Source: a virus (taxonomy: Duplodnaviria; Caudoviricetes). Taken from it: DNA of 64,000 nt. Location: the IMG/VR virus record IMGVR_UViG_3300013103_000006, positions 1 to 64,000 of that record. One strand, 5' to 3'. The position numbers and the translations under genes are program-made. Numbering within the stretch: position 1 is the stretch's first letter; the number at the start of each line of letters is the position of its first letter. The notes under the pieces are model-generated. The model made no database searches, had not been told where the DNA came from, and saw only the letters and a list, made by a program, of their open reading frames with translations. Below, one piece after another: positions 16,507 through 26,101 of the stretch.

Positions 16507-17149
16507 AATGACTAAGGCAGAACTTCAAAAATTTCTAACTGGAAGATGTAAGCACTACCATTTTTACTATGAGCACCCCGCCTGCTTCATAAAAGAGATG
16601 GGTTATCCAGTCAGGAGGGGCTTCCTAGATATTGAAACTTCTAATCTAGATGCTGATTTTGGTATTTTGCTATCATACGCTATCAAAGTAGAGGATAAGA
16701 GAAAGATATACGGCAGGCATATAACCAAAGAGGAATTAAGAAGTAATACACTAGATAAGCAATTGGTTAAGGAATGTATTAAAGACATGATGAGATTTGA
16801 TGAACTAGTATCCTACTATGGTACTCGGTTTGACTTGAAATTCCTACGTTCTAGAGCTTTATATTGGGGACTGGATTTCCCAGAATATGGATATATTAAG
16901 CATAAGGATTGCTACTATATGGTTAGAAATAGACTCAAACTTCATAGGAATAGATTAGAGGATGCTTGCAGACTACTTGGTATTAAAGGAAAGACACATC
17001 TCGATGGAAAGATATGGGTACAAGCTCTTACTGGAGATGAAAAGGCTTTAAAATACATCTTTGACCATAATAAGAAAGATGTTATAATTCTAGAAAAATT
17101 ATTTAAGAGGCTAGAGGTCTATGTCAGACCGACGAACAGGAGTATCTAG
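16475..17149 (+). CDS. stand-alone DEDD 3'-5' exonuclease (RNase H-like)
   Basis: FLDIET, YYGTRFDL, HNKKDV. Confidence 0.85.
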   Translation: MIKMASVNPFKMTKAELQKFLTGRCKHYHFYYEHPACFIKEMGYPVRRGFLDIETSNLDADFGILLSYAIKVEDKRKIYGRHITKEELRSNTLDKQLVKECIKDMMRFDELVSYYGTRFDLKFLRSRALYWGLDFPEYGYIKHKDCYYMVRNRLKLHRNRLEDACRLLGIKGKTHLDGKIWVQALTGDEKALKYIFDHNKKDVIILEKLFKRLEVYVRPTNRSI

Positions 17150-18038
17150 TTTCATAGATGAATTCTATGGAGGCTATAGATACTTCGGTTACTGGAATCA
17201 AGTCAGAGTTTATAGTAAGAAGGAGGTATTGAAGTTAATATCAGAGCATGCTGGTCTTGATAATTGTGGCTTATCTATATCAACCTTCATAGATGGTATG
17301 CCATTCCTTCTATTTGTTCCATTTGACTTTGACTCATTGGAAGATAATTTAGAAAATGCCTACAATGAAGCAAACAGAGTCTATGATTTCTTCAAGTCAT
17401 CTGGCTTTCAAACTTCCTTGAATTTCAGTGGTAATAGAGGATTTCATGTTCTTGTTAAAACCAAACCCGATATCTACTCATCACGTCAACTAAGGAAGTT
17501 TCATGATATTATAGCGAGACTCTTGAGACTCAAATTTGTAGACAGACAGCTCTTTGGTGATATTAGAAGACTCATACGTATTCCAGGAACCCTTCATCCT
17601 AAAACCGGCTTACTAGCATTCACTATTAAGTCTTGCAAAGGACAGCCTCTAGACTTACATAAATTCATTACAAATGGTTTGCCTGATGCTGAAGTGAGGG
17701 TGAATAGCAAAATTAAAGTCAGACACCCATATCCCTGTGTTGAGGAAATTATTAGGAATGACCCAGAACCACCACAACTCATTAGATTCACGTATGTCAT
17801 TCATCGATTATCTGAAGGCTATACAACAAAGGAAATCTTAGAGGAAATTAGAAGCTTTGGATGGGTTGATTTCAATGAACGCATTACTCTTTATCAGATT
17901 AAGCATATAGCTAATGGAGGCTACTATCCACTATCATGTGAGAGTATTAAACAATTAGGGTATTGCTTAAAGGATTGTCCATATAAAGATAAGGAGAATC
18001 TAAGACAGAAATGGCTTAATTATATTAGGAGGAAATAA
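17121..18038 (+). CDS. priS: archaeo-eukaryotic primase, PriS catalytic domain fused to PriL-like C-terminal Fe-S domain
   Basis: FDFD, FSGNRGFH, RLIRIPGT; C-terminal YPC...SCE..K.LGYC..DCP. Confidence 0.8.
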   Translation: MSDRRTGVSSFIDEFYGGYRYFGYWNQVRVYSKKEVLKLISEHAGLDNCGLSISTFIDGMPFLLFVPFDFDSLEDNLENAYNEANRVYDFFKSSGFQTSLNFSGNRGFHVLVKTKPDIYSSRQLRKFHDIIARLLRLKFVDRQLFGDIRRLIRIPGTLHPKTGLLAFTIKSCKGQPLDLHKFITNGLPDAEVRVNSKIKVRHPYPCVEEIIRNDPEPPQLIRFTYVIHRLSEGYTTKEILEEIRSFGWVDFNERITLYQIKHIANGGYYPLSCESIKQLGYCLKDCPYKDKENLRQKWLNYIRRK

Positions 18039-18039
18039 A

Positions 18040-18174
18040 ATGGTGAAATGTGAATACTGTCTAAATTTCGATGGTGAATACTGCACATTTTATAATAAGC
18101 CAATAGAAAACCCTAAGAAAGATAGAAAATGCTCCAAATATATTGATATCGGTTGTGTTGGAACGATGTTTTAA
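18040..18174 (+). CDS. 44-aa Cys-rich microprotein
   Basis: GGAGG RBS; MVKCEYC...YC...KCSKY. Confidence 0.5.
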   Translation: MVKCEYCLNFDGEYCTFYNKPIENPKKDRKCSKYIDIGCVGTMF

Positions 18175-18454
18175 AGGTGATATAATGGATACATCATCTA
18201 TCTTGATATCAATAGTGTCCACAGCAATAATCCTGATAGCAATCTTTCTCTTTTATAGAAGACTATATAGAGAGGAGCAATATCATTTTGAGTTCAATCC
18301 TGATATAGATGAAGAGGCAACTCTTGAAGAACTAGAAACTCTGGTTGGATTTCTTAATAATGCATTACGTGAATCAAATTTGGGAGTTAAGCTAGTAATT
18401 GTACCCGATAACGAGGAGGAGCAGGAAAATGATAATAGAATCGCATACACTTAA
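18143..18454 (+). CDS. N-terminally anchored membrane protein
   Basis: TM segment ILISIVSTAIILIAIFLFY, acidic C-terminal part. Confidence 0.6.
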   Translation: MISVVLERCFKGDIMDTSSILISIVSTAIILIAIFLFYRRLYREEQYHFEFNPDIDEEATLEELETLVGFLNNALRESNLGVKLVIVPDNEEEQENDNRIAYT

Positions 18455-20744
18455 AGACTGTGACTGCTTATTCAAATTCGTAGAGAGCGAATATATAGCT
18501 ACATTCAAAGCTAAAGACCTAGCAGAAGATTTCAAGAGGAAGCAAATTCAAATCTACACAGGATGGTATGAATTCAAGAAAGGAGATTTAACTCCAACTA
18601 TATTCTTAATCGGAAGAGCTAAGAATTATGGCAAATTTAAAATGAAAATATTAGGATTCCGACCTTACTGCTATTCTATTGATTCAAACGGTTGTCACAG
18701 AAGCATATATGGAGATAAGCTAGAAAAGATTGAAATTGAAGGATTACCTCCTGAATACATTAAGCGTTTGAGAGTCCAAGCAGAGAAACAAGGTGTTAAA
18801 ATACCATTTGAAGCAGATATTCCTTTTGTAAGACGCTTCATGATTGATGCTATTGATTTACTTAAGGCTAAGGAGCCAATCAAACCAAGAATAGTCATTA
18901 TAGACGTTGAAACTGCATATCCAATTTCCAAGGAGCTAATATCGTTCAGCATAAATGACTTGGGTTTAGGTATACTCTATCATAATAATAAATTCATGTC
19001 AGAATCTCAATATGAGCTAGCTCTGGATTTATATGAAAAAATTGTAAATGCTGATGTGATTACTGGATGGAATGTATCTTTTGATATCGAAGTATTAGAA
19101 TCCCTTATTAAAGAAATCGACAAATCGTTAACTGATTTAGAAGCTGGTAAAAGTATAAATGATGATATCCTATCAGCTCTTATAAAATTTAAGTATGTTC
19201 AGTATGATGGTAAGAAACTTAATATCGTTAAGAGAATTCCAGAAACTAAAATCAGTCATCTCTGTGCAGTCTTGGATATGAGAGAGCTTGTTAAGAAGTT
19301 ATGGAGGAAGGAACTATCTAGTTGGTCTTTATTAACCGCTGGTATGGAACTCAGTGGTTTACTGAAGTGTCAGATTGATAAGAAGCCTCATGAGATGGAT
19401 GCAGATGAATTATTAGAATATAATACAGTTGATGTTATTATTCCAGAGGAGATTGAGGCTCTATTATCTCCTATTGAGTATCACTCCGTATTAGCTTGGA
19501 GTATTAACGCTCTATTAGAAGACACAATTATTACATCAACAGTAAATGACATTATTATTCTAGAGGTCTATAATAAACATGGCATTGTCTTACCATCTAG
19601 GAATTATAGCAGGAAGAAATCCGGATATAAAGCAGCAGAACCATTCGGTAAGAAAGGAGTATACAGAGATGTATTAGCATTCGATTTATCTGCTGCGTAT
19701 CCGTCTATAGTATTGGCTCTCAATGCATCTCCTGAAACTAAAGACCCTAAGGGCTCTATAATAGCTCCCAACGGAGTGAGATTTAATACCAATAAATCCT
19801 ATTTCGTAGAAGCTCTTAAAGAACTTCTGGAGATGCGTAAACAAATAAAAGCTAAACTTAAGGCTGCTAAATCCAATGTTGAACAACATAGATTGAATCT
19901 AATGCAGTTAGCTCTTAAGACCCAAGCAGCTGCCTTCAGTCATGGTATATTCGGGTATGAACATTCAAGGCTATTCGATGAAGAGTTAGCGGATGCTATT
20001 ACCGCAACAGCTAGAAATATTATTAATCTAGCTAAGGAAAAATTGGAATCTCTTGGTCTTAATGTAATCTATGCTCATACTGATAGTATTTATTTTGTTG
20101 GTAATCCAGACGCGATAAGTGACTTAGAAGAGTTACTTAATGCTATAGTGGAAAAATATATTAAGGAGCATGGATATTTATATACCCCAAGATTTGAATT
20201 TAAGGGTTATTATCCAAGAGCATATATTCACTCAGCAGCTAGAAATGTGTTGGAGGACGAGAATGGAGAATGGCATGTCACAGGTATGAATCTTGTTAGG
20301 TCCGATGCTCCTCAATACGTTAAGAATTTGGAGAAATCAATAATCAAGATGCTCTTGGATGGCAAATCTAAAGATGAAATTCTAGCATGGCTATCGGATC
20401 ATCTATCAAGAATCAAAGAGGCTAGACCATCTGAGTTAGGATTAGCTAAACCTCTGAAGAAGCCTCTAGAGAAATATAAAGTGAAGTCATATCATATTAA
20501 GGCATTAATAAATGCTAAAGAAGAGTATGGTTTAGAAGTCAAAGAGGGAGAGAAATTTTATGTCTTGCCAGTTAAGAAACTTAAATCTACTGGTAAGCCA
20601 GGAGTAATAGCATTTATGAATGATGAGTTTCCAGAAGGATATGAAATCGATTATGAAGCCTATCTAAAGAGTAATGTCTATAATAAGATTGCTAAGATGT
20701 TAGATGTTGATGATGTTCAAAACCTCTTGGAGGTTAGAATATGA
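18399..20744 (+). CDS. polB: family B DNA polymerase with non-canonical motifs
   Basis: Exo I DVET, II GWNVSFD, III YNTVDV; pol DLSAAYPS, KTQAAAFSHG, YAHTDS; start probably a later ATG. Confidence 0.9.
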   Translation: MYPITRRSRKMIIESHTLKDCDCLFKFVESEYIATFKAKDLAEDFKRKQIQIYTGWYEFKKGDLTPTIFLIGRAKNYGKFKMKILGFRPYCYSIDSNGCHRSIYGDKLEKIEIEGLPPEYIKRLRVQAEKQGVKIPFEADIPFVRRFMIDAIDLLKAKEPIKPRIVIIDVETAYPISKELISFSINDLGLGILYHNNKFMSESQYELALDLYEKIVNADVITGWNVSFDIEVLESLIKEIDKSLTDLEAGKSINDDILSALIKFKYVQYDGKKLNIVKRIPETKISHLCAVLDMRELVKKLWRKELSSWSLLTAGMELSGLLKCQIDKKPHEMDADELLEYNTVDVIIPEEIEALLSPIEYHSVLAWSINALLEDTIITSTVNDIIILEVYNKHGIVLPSRNYSRKKSGYKAAEPFGKKGVYRDVLAFDLSAAYPSIVLALNASPETKDPKGSIIAPNGVRFNTNKSYFVEALKELLEMRKQIKAKLKAAKSNVEQHRLNLMQLALKTQAAAFSHGIFGYEHSRLFDEELADAITATARNIINLAKEKLESLGLNVIYAHTDSIYFVGNPDAISDLEELLNAIVEKYIKEHGYLYTPRFEFKGYYPRAYIHSAARNVLEDENGEWHVTGMNLVRSDAPQYVKNLEKSIIKMLLDGKSKDEILAWLSDHLSRIKEARPSELGLAKPLKKPLEKYKVKSYHIKALINAKEEYGLEVKEGEKFYVLPVKKLKSTGKPGVIAFMNDEFPEGYEIDYEAYLKSNVYNKIAKMLDVDDVQNLLEVRI

Positions 20745-21256
20745 AGACTAGTAAGAAGATGTCTGTAGATGAAGCTGTATTAAGAAGAGGTGATTTAAGC
20801 AAGACTCCTGAAGCATTTATAGATGAAATCAAGAAGCTTCAAGACGAACGTTTTACAGATTTGAGGTCTCTTGTATTCGGTTGGGTTCCTCAGCCTGATG
20901 GTTCAAAGAAGCTCATGTCGAAGCTTCCAAACGGCAAGGTAGTCTTCGTAGATAGGAAAGAAAAAGTTGAGGTAAAACCCGGAAGGCCATATATTTGTTT
21001 AGTATATGAGCGTGAACGAGAGGCATTTGCAAAAGTCTTATGTGAGGAGGAAATGCCAGTAGTTTGGGTTTTACCAAATAAACTAGTGACATTTAGATAC
21101 AGAAAGGGCAATAAATTTCATGTAATTATGACAAAAGGCCAGACGTATCCTGAGCGTATGATGGAAGCTCTTAAGAGATTGGAATCAGAAGGGTTCCCAG
21201 AAGTTAAAATTATCTTCAGGGAGAATGAACGGAGGCTTGCTCATAATGTCGTCTAG
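20741..21256 (+). CDS. hypothetical protein
   Basis: 171 aa, GGAGGT RBS, ATGA-coupled. Confidence 0.7.
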   Translation: MKTSKKMSVDEAVLRRGDLSKTPEAFIDEIKKLQDERFTDLRSLVFGWVPQPDGSKKLMSKLPNGKVVFVDRKEKVEVKPGRPYICLVYEREREAFAKVLCEEEMPVVWVLPNKLVTFRYRKGNKFHVIMTKGQTYPERMMEALKRLESEGFPEVKIIFRENERRLAHNVV

Positions 21257-21416
21257 ATGTTATTATTGTAAAAACGATACTGTATTCTTTATCTGGACAT
21301 CCTCAAGAATATTCCCTCGGAAGAAATTAGCTAATGACAAAATTGAGTATAAGATTTTAACCGAGGGTGTTCCTGTTTGTATGAAGTGCTGGAATGAAAT
21401 TAAAAATAGGAGATAA
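21225..21416 (+). CDS. small C2C2 zinc-binding protein
   Basis: CYYC...CMKC. Confidence 0.55.
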   Translation: MNGGLLIMSSRCYYCKNDTVFFIWTSSRIFPRKKLANDKIEYKILTEGVPVCMKCWNEIKNRR

Positions 21417-22386
21417 TCAAGACATGAAGATTGGGATTCAATGTAGCTCATATACTACAGCTAGGTGTGGTATCCGAACGTATTCTGTTAGACTAAATGA
21501 GGCACTAAAGAAAAAAGGAATAGATAGTCATATTTTCATAGAAAAGCCTCATAAGGATGTTGATGCGATATTAATCCAATATGAGCCGGGAATATTACCA
21601 CCACAAAAACTTAACTATTTTGTCAGGAAATTTATTGAGCCGCTTGTGATTGTTACAGCTCATCATTCAAGAGACATAGACCAATTCTATCCTATTCTGG
21701 ATGGTGTTGTGTTTCACGATGAGTCACAGATAATTGGTGAGCCATGGGAAGGTCTTTATACTATCATCCCACACCCAGCATTGGTGTTTCCGAGATTAGA
21801 TAAGAAGAAAGTCCGAAAAGAGCTAAAGCTTCCAGTAGATAAAACTATAATAGGAACAGCTGGATTCATAACAGGAACTGGAAAAAAGCTCCCTGTAATA
21901 CTTGAATCACTTCTTCCAAAGATTGATGATTCAATGTTTATATACTTCATCACTTCATTCTGGAAAGCTGGAGATTTAGGAAGACTCAGACAAATTCAAG
22001 AAATAGTAAAACGTAGTGGTAAGGCTAATCAGTTCAGAATAGATACAGATTTCCTATCAGAGAAAGAGCTGAATAAGCGTATGCAAGCTTGTGATTTACT
22101 ATTCTCTTGGAATGACACCTCTATAAACGATAAAGGGTCACAGTCAGGTATAGCTGCTGATATGTATGGCTCATACACTAAGCTAATAGTCAAGGATTCT
22201 CCACATTATAATTTCATAAAAAAACAAGATAAAGTCCTAGTAGGAAGACTGGATGTGGATGATTTCACTGAGGATGTCATTAATGCGGTAAAGAAAGAAG
22301 ATTTGACTGACGTTCCTGACCCAAGTTGGTTGTCGTGGGATAAAATGGTAGATAGATATATTGAATTTATTGAGGAGTTATCATGA
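21394..22386 (+). CDS. GT-B (GT4-like) glycosyltransferase
   Basis: CGIRTYS, HH, IIGTAGFI...K, E.EL..RMQACD, W.KMV..Y. Confidence 0.75.
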   Translation: MKLKIGDNQDMKIGIQCSSYTTARCGIRTYSVRLNEALKKKGIDSHIFIEKPHKDVDAILIQYEPGILPPQKLNYFVRKFIEPLVIVTAHHSRDIDQFYPILDGVVFHDESQIIGEPWEGLYTIIPHPALVFPRLDKKKVRKELKLPVDKTIIGTAGFITGTGKKLPVILESLLPKIDDSMFIYFITSFWKAGDLGRLRQIQEIVKRSGKANQFRIDTDFLSEKELNKRMQACDLLFSWNDTSINDKGSQSGIAADMYGSYTKLIVKDSPHYNFIKKQDKVLVGRLDVDDFTEDVINAVKKEDLTDVPDPSWLSWDKMVDRYIEFIEELS

Positions 22387-24692
22387 GTGGTGAAAGAGTT
22401 CTAATAATATCAGATAAACTTGATGCTCCTACAGGCTTTGGCGTAAATGCTTCAAATATAGCTTGGTGTCTAGCAAAGGAATATGATGTTCATATTTTAG
22501 GAATTCAAGCTACTAGAGATGTCAAAGTTCTTTTAGATTTTGCAGGCGAAGAAAGAGAGGTGATACAGCATAAGAATTTCCCAAGAACACCAGATGTTAA
22601 TACGGAGTTTGGTCAGAGGTCTCTTCCTAAACTATTAAAAGAACTTCAACCAGATTTATTACTAACCATTAATGATATTCAGATGGTTCAGCACGTTCCA
22701 AAGACGTTATTTCCAACACAAATTAATGTAACTGCATTGGATATGCCTTCAAGAAGGTTAAGAAGCAAAGAAGAAATCCTTACTGAGATAGAAGCTAAGA
22801 TTGAGGAATTCAGGGAGAGATACCCACCAATCACCAAATGGTTAATGTATGCTCCAATGGATGGAGATCCACCTATCCCTCAGTGGCTCAATGTGTACTA
22901 TGCAGCAGATGAAGTTGTTGCTATGTCAAAATACGGTAAGCGAATATTTAAAGACTATTTTGATTTGGATGTAGACTATATCTGGCATGCTATTGACACC
23001 GATACGTTCACACCTGAAGAAAAACCTGAATCACTTCAAGGATATTTTGTTGTAGGTGACTATAATAGGAATCAGCCCAGAAAGCAACCATTAAGACTCA
23101 TAGAAGCATTTGCTAAATTTGCTAAGGATAAAGATGATGTAAGACTTTGGATGCAAATGTCATGGACTGACCCCTATGGTTGGCCTTTAGAATATTTCAT
23201 TAGGCATGTGTATAATATCAGCGATAAAACCATCTGGCCATTTAATCCGGATGACTTGAAGAGGGGAGATATCGCCAGAATAGTTGGTTCATTTGATATT
23301 CATGTTTCACCTCATGCCGGAGAGGGATTTGGCTTAACCATGGGAGAGGCTCTTTCAGCTGGAGTGCCGACTATTGCAACTGACTACACCTGCTATTCTG
23401 ATGACACTACTGTGCTAACACCGACAGGTGAAAAGCGTTTTGATGAGTTGTGTGTAGGTGATCTCGTCTATTCATTAAATGAGGAGACTGAGGAATTGGA
23501 AGCGAAGCCGATTACCCACATAGAAGCGAAGGATTGGGATGGAGAGATGATTCATTTTAGCTCGAGATATATAGATCTTCTAGTGACACCTGATCACAAA
23601 ATGGTAGTGAAGAAAAGAAGCACGAAGGGAAAATATACCAATTGGCAACATATAGAAGCTAAGGACATGCTGAATAAAAGCTCGTATAAATTTCCCTTAA
23701 AGGCGAAATATAATGTTACAGCTAGTCAGCCGGATATCAGTGATGATTTATTAACTCTTATTGGGTGGTATATCTCCGAGGGCTTCATACAAAGAGATTA
23801 TAGATGTAAAACTGAAACTATTATTGGCATCTGCGAGCCAGAAGGGAGTAAATACAGGGAAGAAATTATAAACACAATTAAAAAACTAGGTTATAAGCCT
23901 ACAAAAACAAAGAATCAAATAACTTTTCATGCGAAAGATTTAGTTCCATTATTAAAAGAGTGTGGTACCAGAGCTGAAAACAAAAGAATACCTAGAAAAT
24001 ATCTAAATCTAAGCAAAGACAAGCTTCAAGTGCTATTCAATGCACTGATGAAAGGAGACGGAAGCAAATTTGGAGTGTATAATGAATTCAGGAACTACAC
24101 AACTGTGTCAAAAGAACTTGCGACTAATATAATTGAATTATGTATTAAACTAGGTTATGGAGCGAAATACAGAATAGAAGAGCCACAAAAATCAGTGATA
24201 TATAAAGGAACTAATAAAGAAAGGATTATAAAAGGGAACTTCCCGGTCTATAGAGTATCGATAAGATATAAGCTACTGGAGGGATTCTACAGAAATGGAA
24301 AGGGATTACAAAAAACTACTGTAGAGCATTATAAGGGTAAGGTATGGTGTGTCGAGGTTGCTGATAATCATAATCTACTAGTCGGTAGAAATGGCAAATT
24401 TGTATTTTGTGGCAACACCAGTAAAGAGCTAATAGTAGATGGTGAACCAACTCCAAGAGGAATCCTTGTTCCGCCAGCTACTCTCTATTGGGATAAACTT
24501 GATGTAGCGGCAGTCAGAAGAGCATTAATCGATATAGATAAGCTAGTTGATGCTATGAACTTTTATTACTATAACAGGGATGAGCTAGAAAAGCATGGGA
24601 AAAATGCTAGAGATTGGGCGATAAAGAATTTAGATATCCGACGAATAGAAAAGCAATGGCTCAGGAAAGTCAAGGAGGTACTCAATAAATGA
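22383..24692 (+). CDS. GT4 glycosyltransferase containing an intein
   Basis: PTGFG, NRNQPRK, GEGFGL...EALSAGVPTIATDYT / TSKEL. Confidence 0.85.
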   Translation: MSGERVLIISDKLDAPTGFGVNASNIAWCLAKEYDVHILGIQATRDVKVLLDFAGEEREVIQHKNFPRTPDVNTEFGQRSLPKLLKELQPDLLLTINDIQMVQHVPKTLFPTQINVTALDMPSRRLRSKEEILTEIEAKIEEFRERYPPITKWLMYAPMDGDPPIPQWLNVYYAADEVVAMSKYGKRIFKDYFDLDVDYIWHAIDTDTFTPEEKPESLQGYFVVGDYNRNQPRKQPLRLIEAFAKFAKDKDDVRLWMQMSWTDPYGWPLEYFIRHVYNISDKTIWPFNPDDLKRGDIARIVGSFDIHVSPHAGEGFGLTMGEALSAGVPTIATDYTCYSDDTTVLTPTGEKRFDELCVGDLVYSLNEETEELEAKPITHIEAKDWDGEMIHFSSRYIDLLVTPDHKMVVKKRSTKGKYTNWQHIEAKDMLNKSSYKFPLKAKYNVTASQPDISDDLLTLIGWYISEGFIQRDYRCKTETIIGICEPEGSKYREEIINTIKKLGYKPTKTKNQITFHAKDLVPLLKECGTRAENKRIPRKYLNLSKDKLQVLFNALMKGDGSKFGVYNEFRNYTTVSKELATNIIELCIKLGYGAKYRIEEPQKSVIYKGTNKERIIKGNFPVYRVSIRYKLLEGFYRNGKGLQKTTVEHYKGKVWCVEVADNHNLLVGRNGKFVFCGNTSKELIVDGEPTPRGILVPPATLYWDKLDVAAVRRALIDIDKLVDAMNFYYYNRDELEKHGKNARDWAIKNLDIRRIEKQWLRKVKEVLNK
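23391..24416 (+). mobile_element. intein with LAGLIDADG homing endonuclease (342 aa)
   Basis: Starts CYSDDTTVLT, ends VFCGN, +1 Thr; LIGWYISEG and FNALMKGDGS blocks. Confidence 0.9.
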
Positions 24693-25003
24693 TTTTCTTC
24701 AATCCATTCTCTGAGGATATAGATGATTTCATCAGGAGGGTCTTTGGAGCTGCTAGTAGAGACACATCTATATATAAATCAGAGGATGGTAAGTATCTTT
24801 ATATCACCGTGAATATACCAGATATTAAAGATGTCGCTAACATAAATTATTTTAATGGAGTGATTCATATTGACTACACAACTATCTGGGGTGATGAGAG
24901 GTATAGAGCTATCTCAATAGATTTGCCAGTCAAGGAAATTAAAGAATACACAGTTAGAAATGGCGTACTAGACATAGAGGTGGAGCTACATGAATATATC
25001 TAA
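24689..25003 (+). CDS. small heat-shock (Hsp20/alpha-crystallin-like) protein
   Basis: LYITVNIP...I.LP...YTVRNGVLDIEV. Confidence 0.65.
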   Translation: MIFFNPFSEDIDDFIRRVFGAASRDTSIYKSEDGKYLYITVNIPDIKDVANINYFNGVIHIDYTTIWGDERYRAISIDLPVKEIKEYTVRNGVLDIEVELHEYI

Positions 25004-25427
25004 ATTTAATTCAAAAGTCTTAGCAAGAGCAAAAGAAATTATTCAAGAACAAATAGCGAAGGCTGAAGAACAAGGCGACAATCAGTTTCTTAATAAGGTA
25101 TATGATTATGACCCAAGTATTCCAGATTATCCAATTTACTATATACCAGAGGATACGGATAAATTGATTAAATGGATAGCTGTAAGGCATCTCAGAGTCA
25201 ATAAGGATATAGGCTATAATGCTCTTGTTCAAGCCTACGAGGAAATCTACGGGAAGAAGCAAGACATGCCAGTATGCAAATTCTGTGGAAAACCAATTCC
25301 AATGAATGAAAGAGGTAGAAAAAGAAGATTCTGTTCTGATGTTTGTAGGGCTAAATATAATCGACAATTAAGGCGTAAATGGAATCAGAAGCCAAAGAGG
25401 TCAGTGAGGAGAAAACGTGGTTCTTAG
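24990..25427 (+). CDS. zinc-finger putative DNA-binding protein
   Basis: CKFCGKPI...RKRRFCSDVCR, basic tail. Confidence 0.7.
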   Translation: MNISKFNSKVLARAKEIIQEQIAKAEEQGDNQFLNKVYDYDPSIPDYPIYYIPEDTDKLIKWIAVRHLRVNKDIGYNALVQAYEEIYGKKQDMPVCKFCGKPIPMNERGRKRRFCSDVCRAKYNRQLRRKWNQKPKRSVRRKRGS

Positions 25428-25521
25428 CTAGTGATATTGTTGCATTTATAGACACATAAATGATAGATTGTGATTGTATATATTGTGGTTATATACATGA
25501 TATGACTTATGGAATACCAAG

Positions 25522-25579
25522 GTGTTACGAAATGCAGTTTACGAATAGTAAACCATTCGGAAGTCGAATTTCGTAACAC
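25522..25579. repeat. palindromic element copy 2
   Basis: GTGTTACGAAAT-N34-ATTTCGTAACAC, internal AAACCATTC. Confidence 0.9.
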
Positions 25580-25597
25580 GTTAATGGGTGTCATGGT

Positions 25598-26101
25598 ATG
25601 ATATTCGTAACAGCAGACCATCATTTCGGACATAAGAACATCATTAAATACTGCGATAGACCATTCAGAGACATTGGGAAAATGAATAAAGCCTTTATAC
25701 GAAAATGGAACTATACAGTAGGCACAGATGATACTGTATACTATCTTGGTGATTTTGCACTTACTCCTGTATGGTATGCTCAGAATATCATGGATAAATT
25801 GAATGGCTATAAGATTCTCATAAGAGGGAATCATGATGGTAGCGTTACTAGAATGAAAAGAATTGGATTCCATGAAGTCTATAATGAACCATATCTGTTT
25901 GATAAGAACAAATGCATCTTTTTCAGTCATAATCCAATAGCTAATTCATTTAATGTTAATGTAGGAGTTGATGTATGGGATTATGCTCCGGTAGAATTAA
26001 ATAAAGCTTTATCTTTAGTTCCAGATTATATTTGGAGAAGACATAGAGTGGTGCTATGTGGGCATGTTCATAACAACTGGGTAACGAGGTTCTTAAAATG
26101 A
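25598..26101 (+). CDS. calcineurin-like metallophosphoesterase
   Basis: ADHHFGH, LGDF, RGNHD, SH.P, GHVH. Confidence 0.9.
   Translation: MIFVTADHHFGHKNIIKYCDRPFRDIGKMNKAFIRKWNYTVGTDDTVYYLGDFALTPVWYAQNIMDKLNGYKILIRGNHDGSVTRMKRIGFHEVYNEPYLFDKNKCIFFSHNPIANSFNVNVGVDVWDYAPVELNKALSLVPDYIWRRHRVVLCGHVHNNWVTRFLK

Noticed and set aside
25603-25613. ATTCGTAACAG resembling a right arm of the palindrome
   Set aside because: It encodes IFVTA of the conserved phosphoesterase first motif, so it is probably coincidental.
25424-25930. 168-aa minus-strand ORF (also 9325-9798, 30279-30548, 32629-32937 and similar)
   Set aside because: Antisense shadows of well-supported genes, with no motifs or RBS.
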